64,000 bases of DNA from an uncultured Clostridia bacterium (GTDB lineage Bacteria; Bacillota; Clostridia; Christensenellales; UBA3700): assembly GCA_945872615.1 (NCBI GenBank), contig CAMBZZ010000007.1, forward strand, positions 3,496 to 67,495, read 5' to 3'. The notes beneath the pieces were generated by a model that saw nothing but the letters and a program-made list of their open reading frames with translations, was not told the DNA's origin and searched no databases. The position numbers and the translations under genes are program-made. Below are positions 27,982 through 36,951 of this stretch, piece by piece (position 1 is the stretch's first letter; each line of letters starts with the position of its first letter).

Positions 27982-28821
27982 ATGAAAAAAGCATTACTTA
28001 TTCTTGTAGTAGTAGCAATGGTTGCGGTTAGCGCAATGGCAATGGTGGCTTGTAACGGTAATGACAAAATTATAGTACAAACCAATGCATATTTTGCTCC
28101 TTTTGAATATTTTGAGGGCACCAATATCGTAGGTGTAGACGTTGAGATTATGCAAAAGGTTGGAGAAAAACTTGGTAAAGAGGTTGAGTTTGTCAATAAC
28201 GAAGAATTTTCTCAAATAATTCCACTCGTTCAAGAGGGTAAAGTGTGCGATGCGGGAGCGGCAGGTTTGACGATTACCGAAGAAAGAAAAGCAAAAGTAG
28301 ATTTTTCTATTCCATACTACACTTCCGTTCAATACGTAGTATATAAAGAAGGCGATTTTGAAACCCAAAAGGCTACCAACGGTGTTGACTGCATTATGTG
28401 GAGCGATTTGGCAGATAAGAAAATCGGCGTACAACTCGATACGACGGGTATGATTTATACCGATTTAGAAATCAACGGCGACGGAGATTACGTAGGAGAG
28501 TTGGCTGGTACCGGCGCAGAATGCGTTCCATTCTCTAACGCTCAACTCGCTGCGGAAGCTATCGGATTGCAAATTGACTGCGTTGTAGTGGACGAGTTGC
28601 CTGCAAAATATCTTGCCAAGAACGGAAAATATAAATGTGCAGCATTGTATTACGATGCAGATACTGCTACGGAAGAACAATATGCGGTTGCTGTAACAAA
28701 AGGCAATACCGAGTTGCTCAATGCAATCAATGAAGTTCTTACCGAAATGCTTAATACAAAAGACGGAAACGGCAAAGATCAAATTCAACTTTTGGTAGAA
28801 AAACATCTTGGTCTCAACTAA
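27982..28821 (+). CDS. Polar amino-acid ABC transporter substrate-binding lipoprotein
   Basis: Signal peptide with ..MVAC lipobox. Family-3 SBP pattern (..YFAPFEY.., ..DAGAAGLTITEERK..VDFS.PYY). Confidence 0.85.
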   Translation: MKKALLILVVVAMVAVSAMAMVACNGNDKIIVQTNAYFAPFEYFEGTNIVGVDVEIMQKVGEKLGKEVEFVNNEEFSQIIPLVQEGKVCDAGAAGLTITEERKAKVDFSIPYYTSVQYVVYKEGDFETQKATNGVDCIMWSDLADKKIGVQLDTTGMIYTDLEINGDGDYVGELAGTGAECVPFSNAQLAAEAIGLQIDCVVVDELPAKYLAKNGKYKCAALYYDADTATEEQYAVAVTKGNTELLNAINEVLTEMLNTKDGNGKDQIQLLVEKHLGLN

Positions 28822-28890
28822 TTTTGGATATATTATAAATAAGGATATAGATTTCGGCACTGTTTCGGTGTCGAAATCTTGGTTATTAAA

Positions 28891-29586
28891 ATGAATTTTT
28901 TTAAGGACATGTTTACTATCTTTTCCAACGAAAGTTATATGCAAATATTTTGGAAAGGATTGGGCACAACTTTAAGCGTAGCACTTGGGGCATCGATAAT
29001 AGGCTTGGTATTAGGGCTTATTGTTGCGGTTGTAAAAATTGCTTCCGCTAAAAATAAAAAAATAAAGTTTTTAGAAATTCTTTGCGATATCTATGTTGGC
29101 GTAATAAGAGGAACCCCTGTCGCTTTACAATTATTTATTATGGCTTTTGTAATTTTTGCAATAAGGGGATTTCCTTTGGAAGTTACTGCTATTATTACGT
29201 TTGGTATCAATTCCGGTGCATACGTTGCGGAAAGTTTGAGAGCGGGAATACAATCGGTTGATTATGGTCAGACGGAAGCAGGTAGATCGTTGGGGCTATC
29301 GGGTATGCAAGTTTACCAAAGTATTGTTATTCCACAAGCAATAAAAAACGTAATTCCTACCATTGGTAACGAACTTATAGCATTGCTCAAAGAAACCTCT
29401 ATAGTAAGTATGGTTGGCTTAATTGATTTGACTTTTGCGGCAAAGATTGTTGGTGCAGGCGATAAGATGGCTGACTATTTCGTACCAATGATGGTAGCGG
29501 CTATATTCTATTTGGTAATCGTGTATGCACTAACCTTTGTAATTAAGGCTATAGAAAGGAGGATGAGAAAGAGTGAGCGCAGATAA
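28891..29586 (+). CDS. Amino-acid ABC transporter permease
   Basis: His/Glu/Gln/Arg-type permease with an EAA-like loop (..[24 protein letters not shown]..). The start is uncertain: TTG 28879 or ATG 28891. Confidence 0.85.
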   Translation: MNFFKDMFTIFSNESYMQIFWKGLGTTLSVALGASIIGLVLGLIVAVVKIASAKNKKIKFLEILCDIYVGVIRGTPVALQLFIMAFVIFAIRGFPLEVTAIITFGINSGAYVAESLRAGIQSVDYGQTEAGRSLGLSGMQVYQSIVIPQAIKNVIPTIGNELIALLKETSIVSMVGLIDLTFAAKIVGAGDKMADYFVPMMVAAIFYLVIVYALTFVIKAIERRMRKSERR

Positions 29587-30586
29587 TTTGAACAACGGCG
29601 ACGTCATTATCGAAGTAAAAGATTTGCACAAAAAATTCGGCGACCTTCACGTCCTCAAGGGTATCAACGAAACTATCAAAAAGGGAGAAAAAGTCTCCAT
29701 CGTAGGTCCTTCGGGTAGCGGTAAGAGTACGTTTTTGAGATGTCTCAACTTGATGGAAGAGCCAAGCGGCGGCGAGATATATTTTGAAAGAAAACTTCTC
29801 AACGACAAGCATACGGATATTAACAAGCATAGACAAAAGATGGGAATGGTGTTCCAACACTTCAACCTCTTCAACAACTTGACGATTATCGACAACATTA
29901 TGCTTGCTCCCGTCAAAATCGGCGTCAAGAATTTGCGCAAAGAACGCAAGGAAAAGGTCAAGGCGCTAAGCAAACAAATAAAGGCTTTGCAAGAAGAAAA
30001 GAAGACGTTGCTCTCCGAACTCAAAAACTTGCTTGCCGATGCAAAAGCAAATAATACCGAATACGTGGAAAACGTGGAAACTTCCGACAGAATCAAGGTG
30101 ATTGACGAAAAGCTTGCAGAACTTATTGCCGATAAAAAAGCAGTCAAGGGCAACATTATCAAAAACTTGAGCGGTGACAAAAAGACGGTCAAAGCGCAAG
30201 CCAAAGAAAAGGCTTTGCAACTGCTTGAGAGAATAGGGCTGAGTGACAAAGCCGACAAATATCCGTCAACCTTGTCGGGCGGTCAAAAGCAAAGGGTTGC
30301 CATAGTTAGAGCTTTGGCAATGAACCCCGACGTGATGCTATTCGACGAGCCGACCAGCGCGCTCGACCCGGAGATGGTAGGAGAAGTGTTGGAGCTTATC
30401 AAAGAGGTGGCTGACGACGGAATGACTATGGTCATCGTCACTCACGAAATGGGATTTGCAAAAGAAGTCAGCACCAGGGTATTGTTTATGGACAACGGCA
30501 ACGTGTTGGAACAAAACACGCCTAAGGAGTTTTTTGAAAATCCTCAAAATCCTCGTCTCAAAGAATTTTTGGCAAAAGTGCTGTAA
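29573..30586 (+). CDS. Amino-acid ABC transporter ATPase with a ~87-aa Lys/Glu-rich insertion
   Basis: Walker [11 protein letters not shown]-loop [24 protein letters not shown], Walker [12 protein letters not shown]. 337 aa, against ~240 aa for typical GlnQ-type ATPases. Confidence 0.88.
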   Translation: MSADNLNNGDVIIEVKDLHKKFGDLHVLKGINETIKKGEKVSIVGPSGSGKSTFLRCLNLMEEPSGGEIYFERKLLNDKHTDINKHRQKMGMVFQHFNLFNNLTIIDNIMLAPVKIGVKNLRKERKEKVKALSKQIKALQEEKKTLLSELKNLLADAKANNTEYVENVETSDRIKVIDEKLAELIADKKAVKGNIIKNLSGDKKTVKAQAKEKALQLLERIGLSDKADKYPSTLSGGQKQRVAIVRALAMNPDVMLFDEPTSALDPEMVGEVLELIKEVADDGMTMVIVTHEMGFAKEVSTRVLFMDNGNVLEQNTPKEFFENPQNPRLKEFLAKVL

Positions 30587-30627
30587 GGGGCTTTTGCAAC
30601 AAAACGAAAACTACAAACGAGTAAGTC

Positions 30628-30662
30628 TTTTGCCGATACGTGAGTGTCGGCAAAATTTTTGG
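30628..30662 (+). terminator. Rho-independent terminator
   Basis: TTTTGCCGA-tacgtgagtg-TCGGCAAAA followed by TTTTT. Confidence 0.8.
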
Positions 30663-30773
30663 CGTAAATATGGTAAAATTTTGCCCAAAATAGAGTAAAA
30701 AATAATCAAATGCATCTTGAAATGGGTATTTTTGTGTGATATAATAATATAAAGTAATCTAATAGGAGTGCAT

Positions 30774-32684
30774 ATGGCAGATAAAAACACTCAAGTACCC
30801 GTATATCTTTTCAAAGAAGGCTCCAATTATCAGTCTTATAAGTTCTTTTGTCCAAAGAAAGAAAAGATAAAGGGCAAGGAAGGATGGACGTTTACGGTTT
30901 GGGCACCTCATGCAAAAAGCGTAAGCGTGGTAGGCAACTTCAACGACTGGGATAGGACGGTCAACCCTATGACCTCTATCGCCAAAGGAATTTGGCAGAC
31001 CTTTATTGAAGGGCTAAAGACGTACGAAATCTACAAGTTTAGTATCGAGACGCCTAGCGGAGAGATACGCCTCAAAGCAGATCCGTACGCAACTCACGCC
31101 GAGACGGCACCGGCTACTGCGTCCAAGTTGTACGACAGCACTTACAATTGGGGCGACAAAAAGTGGATGAAAAACAGAGAGACGTACAATCCGTACGATT
31201 CTCCTATGAACATTTACGAGTTGCACCTCGGTAGCTGGATTAGAAACGAGTACGGCGTTGTGTGCAACTATCGCACAATAGCCAAAAAGTTGGTAGAGTA
31301 CGTGTTGGAAATGGGATACACTCATGTGGAGATTTTGCCTATAACGGAGTATCCTTACGACGGCAGTTGGGGATACCAAGTGACGGGTATGTATGCTCCT
31401 ACCTCAAGATACGGGACGCCGGACGACTTCCGTTATCTCGTTGACTTGTGTCACCAAAACGGTATCGGCGTATTCCTGGATTGGGTAGTGGCGCACTTCC
31501 CTAAGGACTCTCACGGTCTATATATGTTTGACGGAGAGCCTACCTATGAGTACAGCGACCCTCTCAAAGCCGAACACAAAGAGTGGGGCACGATGGTTTT
31601 TGACTATGGAAGAAAAGAAGTCAAATCTTTCCTTATCTCATCGGCTGACTTTTGGGTAGAAGAATACCATATCGACGGTATAAGAGTGGACGCCGTGGCT
31701 TCGATGCTCTACCTCGACTACGGTCGCAAGGATGGCGAGTGGAGAGCCAACGCGTTTGGTGGCAATTACAATCTAGAAGCAATAGATTTTCTTAAGCAAC
31801 TCAACACGGCTATTTTGTCTAGACACAAAGGCGTGGTGATGATTGCCGAAGAATCGACGGCTTTCCCTATGGTGACCAAACCGCCTAAGGACGGAGGACT
31901 CGGCTTCAACTTTAAGTGGAATATGGGTTGGATGAACGACAATCTGAGATACGTATCGGCTAATCCTTTCTTCCGTAAGGATATGCACAACAATATTACC
32001 TTTGCAATCACTTACGCGTATAGCGAAAATTATATTTTGCCGATTTCGCACGACGAAGTGGTGCACGGCAAATGCTCGATGCTCTCCAAGATGCCGGGCG
32101 AATATCACGAGAAGTTTGACGGGCTCAAAGCCTTCTACGGCTATATGATGGCGCATCCGGGCAAGAAACTCTTGTTTATGGGCGGAGAGTTCGGACAGTT
32201 TATCGAATGGGACTTCAAGAAGCAACTCGATTGGTTTTTGCTTGACTACGAGTCACATCGCAATCTGCACAATTTTGTCAAAAAACTCAATACGTATTAC
32301 AAAAAGAATGCGGAAATGTATCAACTCGATACGTCATACGACGGCTTTAAGTGGTTGGTAGTAGACGACAATACTCAGAATATTGTTTCTTTCGTTAGGT
32401 ACGATAACAACGGAGAGTATACCGTGATAGTCGTCAACTTCTCGCCTGTTACAAGAACCGACTACAATATGGGCGTGCCTGACGAGTGCACCTATAGAGT
32501 CGTACTCAACAGCAACGACAAGGAGTTTGGCGGCACGGACGAAGGAGTAATCAAATACAAAGCCAAGAAAGGCGAGTTGCACGGACAACAACAATACATC
32601 AAGATGACGATACCGGGCAACAGCGTATTGTATCTAAAGCCCGTCAGTAAACGCGCAAAAAGCAAAAAAACGACAAAACAATAA
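30774..32684 (+). CDS. glgB: 1,4-alpha-glucan branching enzyme
   Basis: GH13_9 pattern (..TFTVWAPHAKSVSVVGNFNDWD.., IDGIRVDAVASMLY, EESTAFP). AGGAG RBS 5 nt before the ATG at 30774. Confidence 0.93.
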   Translation: MADKNTQVPVYLFKEGSNYQSYKFFCPKKEKIKGKEGWTFTVWAPHAKSVSVVGNFNDWDRTVNPMTSIAKGIWQTFIEGLKTYEIYKFSIETPSGEIRLKADPYATHAETAPATASKLYDSTYNWGDKKWMKNRETYNPYDSPMNIYELHLGSWIRNEYGVVCNYRTIAKKLVEYVLEMGYTHVEILPITEYPYDGSWGYQVTGMYAPTSRYGTPDDFRYLVDLCHQNGIGVFLDWVVAHFPKDSHGLYMFDGEPTYEYSDPLKAEHKEWGTMVFDYGRKEVKSFLISSADFWVEEYHIDGIRVDAVASMLYLDYGRKDGEWRANAFGGNYNLEAIDFLKQLNTAILSRHKGVVMIAEESTAFPMVTKPPKDGGLGFNFKWNMGWMNDNLRYVSANPFFRKDMHNNITFAITYAYSENYILPISHDEVVHGKCSMLSKMPGEYHEKFDGLKAFYGYMMAHPGKKLLFMGGEFGQFIEWDFKKQLDWFLLDYESHRNLHNFVKKLNTYYKKNAEMYQLDTSYDGFKWLVVDDNTQNIVSFVRYDNNGEYTVIVVNFSPVTRTDYNMGVPDECTYRVVLNSNDKEFGGTDEGVIKYKAKKGELHGQQQYIKMTIPGNSVLYLKPVSKRAKSKKTTKQ

Positions 32685-32754
32685 AGTAAACCTTATATAT
32701 CAACCAAAGACGTGATGTATATTATATCAATGCAATAGCAATCGGGAGGACACG

Positions 32755-33939
32755 ATGTTTACAAATAAAAAAGAATGTGTGGCAATGTTGCTTGCGGGTG
32801 GTCAAGGTACTCGTCTGTATTCTTTGACGAGAGATTTGGCAAAACCTGCCGTTTCGTTCGGTGGCAAGTATAGAATTATTGACTTTCCATTGTCCAACTG
32901 TATCAATTCTAATATCGACACTATAGGTGTGTTGACGCAGTATCAGCCTTTTAACCTCAATCAATACATAGGCAACGGACAACCTTGGGACCTAGACCGT
33001 CTCAACGGCGGCGTATTCGTTTTGCCTCCTTATATGAAAAACAAGGGCTCCGACTGGTATAAAGGCACCGCCAACGCAATATATCAGAATATTCAGTTTG
33101 TAGACAAGTTTGACCCCGAATACGTGTTGATACTTTCGGGCGACCATATCTACAAGATGGATTATTCTAAGATGCTCGACTATCATAAGGAGAAGAATGC
33201 CGATTGTACCATTGCCGTCATCAACGTCAGCAAAGAAGAGGCAAGTCGCTTCGGAATTATGAATACCAACGCCGACAACTCGGTGTACGAGTTTGAAGAA
33301 AAACCAAAAAATCCAAAGAGCACCAACGCTTCTATGGGTATATACATCTTTACTTGGGAGAAGTTGCGTAAATACCTCATCGAGGACGAAGAGGATAAGA
33401 CTTCCAGCAATGACTTTGGTAAGAATATCATTCCTAATATGCTAAACGACGGACAAAAGTTGTTTGCTTACAAATTCGAAGGCTACTGGAAGGACGTGGG
33501 AACTATCTCCAGCCTTTGGGAAGCCAACATGGACTTGCTAGACAGCAACAGCGGCATCAATCTTGACGACAACAACTGGAAGATTTATGCCCGCAATACC
33601 GCCGAGCCTCCTCACTACGTCGGCAACAACGCGCAAATTGTCAACTCTCTAGTCACCGAAGGTTGCGAGATTGACGGTTATATCAAAAACAGCGTCATAT
33701 CTTCGGGTGTCAAGGTCGGTAAAAACGTAGTTATCGAAGATTGCAATATCATGCCTAACGTAGTTATCGAAGACGGCGCGGTTATCAAATATACAATCGT
33801 AGGACCGGGAGCAAGAATAGGCAAAAACGCTCAAGTCGGCGGAGTTTGCGACAAGTCGAGTCTCAAGATTGCGGTAGTCGGACCTGACGCCGTGGTAGCG
33901 GAAAATCAAGTCGTGCCTATGGGCGAGATGATAGACTAA
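32755..33939 (+). CDS. glgC: Glucose-1-phosphate adenylyltransferase
   Basis: [41 protein letters not shown] is the canonical GlgC N-terminus. Confidence 0.95.
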   Translation: MFTNKKECVAMLLAGGQGTRLYSLTRDLAKPAVSFGGKYRIIDFPLSNCINSNIDTIGVLTQYQPFNLNQYIGNGQPWDLDRLNGGVFVLPPYMKNKGSDWYKGTANAIYQNIQFVDKFDPEYVLILSGDHIYKMDYSKMLDYHKEKNADCTIAVINVSKEEASRFGIMNTNADNSVYEFEEKPKNPKSTNASMGIYIFTWEKLRKYLIEDEEDKTSSNDFGKNIIPNMLNDGQKLFAYKFEGYWKDVGTISSLWEANMDLLDSNSGINLDDNNWKIYARNTAEPPHYVGNNAQIVNSLVTEGCEIDGYIKNSVISSGVKVGKNVVIEDCNIMPNVVIEDGAVIKYTIVGPGARIGKNAQVGGVCDKSSLKIAVVGPDAVVAENQVVPMGEMID

Positions 33940-33952
33940 GGGGGAGAGAGTT

Positions 33953-35065
33953 ATGAACAATATAATGAGTATTATTTTTGCTAGCGACAACGAGTCCAAA
34001 CTCAACGAGCTTACGCTTCATCGTACCACGGCGTCGTTGCCCGTGGGCGGAAGATATAGATTCATCGACTTTACTTTGTCCAACTTGGTCAACAGCCAAA
34101 TCACCACGATAGGTATTATGACCAAGAGCAACTACTCTTCGTTGATGGACCATATCCGAATGGGTAGAGATTGGGACCTCAATAGAAAGAATAGCGGTAT
34201 TACGGTATTCCCTCCATACGCATCCAACACGTCGAGAAGCGTATCAAAGGGCAAAATCGAAGCAATGTACGGCATTTTGGACTATATCGAAAAGGCTAGC
34301 GAGGACTACGTTATCGTCACCAACAGCAACATCGCCGCCAATATAGACTTTGACGACGTGTACAACAAGCACCTTGAAAAGGGCGCGGACATTACGATGC
34401 TGACGTATTTTGCCAAGCCTACGACCTCGAGAAGAGTTATTATCGAAAGCGACGACGCGGGTAGAGTAACGGGTAGCAGAATAACCCAAACCGCGAGCGA
34501 CAAAATCGAAGAGATCGGGCTCAATATATATCTTCTCAAAAAGTCGCTACTTATGGATCTCGTGACCAACTGCTACGAAAGAGGCGGAGTTGACTTCGAA
34601 AAAAATATCATTCAACAAAAGGCAAACGAACTCAAAATATATACATATAGAGTTCAAGGTCATGCGGCAATGATAGACGATATAAAGACCTACTTCGAAG
34701 AGTCGATGAGACTGCTGGATAGCAAGGTAAGAGACGACTTGTTCTATGCTTTCGGCAAGATATTTACTAAGGTTAAGGACAGCGTGCCTACCATTTATAG
34801 AGAAAACGCCAAAGTAAAAAATTCTTTAATAGCCGACGGTTGCGACATTGACGGCGTGGTAGAAAACAGTATTCTATTCCGTGGCGTCAAGGTAGAAAAA
34901 GACGCGGTAATTACCAACTCTATCGTTATGGAAAACGGACATATCTATCCTAATTCTTCCCTCAACTATATTATAACGGACAAAAACGTTACTATCACCG
35001 AGGACAAGAAGATAGGCGGATTCGAGACCTATCCGTTGGTTATCGTCAAGAATAAGACAATTTAA
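33953..35065 (+). CDS. glgD: Glucose-1-phosphate adenylyltransferase regulatory subunit
   Basis: GlgC paralog lacking the GGxGxRL motif (..LTLHRTTASLPVGGRYRFIDFTLSN..). Lies immediately after glgC, as in Bacillus and Clostridium. Confidence 0.88.
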   Translation: MNNIMSIIFASDNESKLNELTLHRTTASLPVGGRYRFIDFTLSNLVNSQITTIGIMTKSNYSSLMDHIRMGRDWDLNRKNSGITVFPPYASNTSRSVSKGKIEAMYGILDYIEKASEDYVIVTNSNIAANIDFDDVYNKHLEKGADITMLTYFAKPTTSRRVIIESDDAGRVTGSRITQTASDKIEEIGLNIYLLKKSLLMDLVTNCYERGGVDFEKNIIQQKANELKIYTYRVQGHAAMIDDIKTYFEESMRLLDSKVRDDLFYAFGKIFTKVKDSVPTIYRENAKVKNSLIADGCDIDGVVENSILFRGVKVEKDAVITNSIVMENGHIYPNSSLNYIITDKNVTITEDKKIGGFETYPLVIVKNKTI

Positions 35066-35078
35066 GCGGAGGTAAAAC

Positions 35079-36830
35079 GTGGCAAATAAGAAGAACGTAA
35101 ATAAAAAATCGGCGGAAAAACCAATAAAAGCAGAAGAAAAAAAGACGCAAGCTCAAGCTAAGACGGAGCAAAATATTACTAAGCAAACGGTAGTCAAAAA
35201 GGTCGAAAAGGTTGAAACGGTCGTCGTTGCCAAACCGATAGAAATCGTGGATGAAAAACCTGCAACTACAGTCAAAAAGACTGCTCCGAAAACTGCCGCT
35301 AAGCCAAAGACAAAAGCCGTAGCCGAAGTCAAAGAGCAACCAAAAGAGGCAGAAAAGCCAATACAGGTCGCTCAAAACGTCGTAGAAGAGCAACCGAAAG
35401 CCGCCGGCAAAAAGGTGCTTTTCGTTGCGGCGGAAGCCTTGCCTTATATCAAGACGGGAGGTCTTGCCGACGTTGCGGGCGCATTGCCAAAGGCACTCAA
35501 CGAATTGGGCTGCGATGTGCGTGTAATACTGCCTCTATACATGGATATTCCTAATAAGTTTAGGGAAAATATGAAGTTTGTCGGATTTTGTTACGTCAAC
35601 CTTAGTTGGAGATGCCAATATTGCGGTATCTTTACTCAAGAGTACGACGGCGTAACCTACTACTTTATCGACAATGAGTATTACTTCAAGAGGCATGGTC
35701 TATACGGACATTACGACGACGGAGAGAGATTTGCCTTTTTCTCCAAAGCCGTGCTGGAGTCTTTGAAAATAATAGATTTTCGTCCCGATATAATACATTG
35801 CAATGATTGGCACGCTGCATTGACGCCTGTATTCTTGGATAGTTTCTATCGCGGAATGGATCAATGCAAGTTTGCCAAGACGGTATTTACCATTCACAAT
35901 ATCGAGTTCCAAGGCAAGTACGGCACCGAGCTTATCAGCGACGTGCTCGGACTGTCGCAACATGAGAGAAAACTCGTCGAGATGGACGGCTGCGTCAACT
36001 TTATGAAGGGTGGTATCGAAGCTTCTAACAAAGTGACCACAGTGTCGGATACTTATGCCAAGGAAATTTTGACCCCGTTTTTCGGCTACGATATGCAAAA
36101 GATTTTGCTAAATAGAAGATACAAATTGTCGGGCATTATCAACGGTATTGACGTAGAGAAACTCGACCCTATGACCGACAAGTCGTTGTTTGAAAACTAT
36201 AGCCTAGAGACTTTTGATAAGAAGGTGAATAACAAGACGGCTCTCCAGCAACTCCTCGGTTTGCCTGTCAATCCTAACGTTCCTATGATAGGTATGGTAG
36301 GAAGACTTACTCACCAAAAGGGGCTTGACCTACTCGACTACGTCATCGAGAGAATGCTGTCTATGAATTTGCAACTCGTAGTGCTCGGTACGGGCGATTG
36401 GAAATATGAAAATCGTCTCAAAGAATTGCAAAGCAGGTATTCGGGCAAGCTTAGAGCAATTATCAACTTCTCCAGCGATATGGCGAGCAAGATTTACGGT
36501 GCTAGCGACATGTTCTTGATGCCGTCCAAGTTCGAGCCTTGCGGACTTAGCCAAATGATTGCTATGAGATACGGCAGCATTCCTATCGTAAGAGAGACTG
36601 GCGGACTAAAGGACACCGTACCTCCTTACAACCACACGACGGGAGAGGGTAGAGGATTTACTTTCGTAACCTACAACGCCGACGATATGTTGTATGCCGT
36701 TGAGAGAGCGGTAGGACTATACTACGACTACAAGGATGACTGGAAGAAGGTCGTGCGCAACGCTATGACGGCGGATTTCAGTTGGCATAGCATCGCCAAA
36801 AAGTACAAAGAATTGTATGACAATATGTGA
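35079..36830 (+). CDS. glgA: Glycogen synthase with a ~110-aa Lys/Ala/Pro/Glu-rich N-terminal extension
   Basis: GTG start after GGAGG. The catalytic core starts at KKVLFVAAEALPYIKTGGLADV. C-terminal ..PSKFEPCGLSQM... Confidence 0.9.
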   Translation: MANKKNVNKKSAEKPIKAEEKKTQAQAKTEQNITKQTVVKKVEKVETVVVAKPIEIVDEKPATTVKKTAPKTAAKPKTKAVAEVKEQPKEAEKPIQVAQNVVEEQPKAAGKKVLFVAAEALPYIKTGGLADVAGALPKALNELGCDVRVILPLYMDIPNKFRENMKFVGFCYVNLSWRCQYCGIFTQEYDGVTYYFIDNEYYFKRHGLYGHYDDGERFAFFSKAVLESLKIIDFRPDIIHCNDWHAALTPVFLDSFYRGMDQCKFAKTVFTIHNIEFQGKYGTELISDVLGLSQHERKLVEMDGCVNFMKGGIEASNKVTTVSDTYAKEILTPFFGYDMQKILLNRRYKLSGIINGIDVEKLDPMTDKSLFENYSLETFDKKVNNKTALQQLLGLPVNPNVPMIGMVGRLTHQKGLDLLDYVIERMLSMNLQLVVLGTGDWKYENRLKELQSRYSGKLRAIINFSSDMASKIYGASDMFLMPSKFEPCGLSQMIAMRYGSIPIVRETGGLKDTVPPYNHTTGEGRGFTFVTYNADDMLYAVERAVGLYYDYKDDWKKVVRNAMTADFSWHSIAKKYKELYDNM

Positions 36831-36951
36831 TAATATCAAGCATATTGTATAGTTTAACTGAGTAATATTACTAATTATATTATAATAGGGCGCGTATTGG
36901 TAGACAATGCGCGTCTCTTTATGATATAATTGTCGCGATAAAATATTTTTT

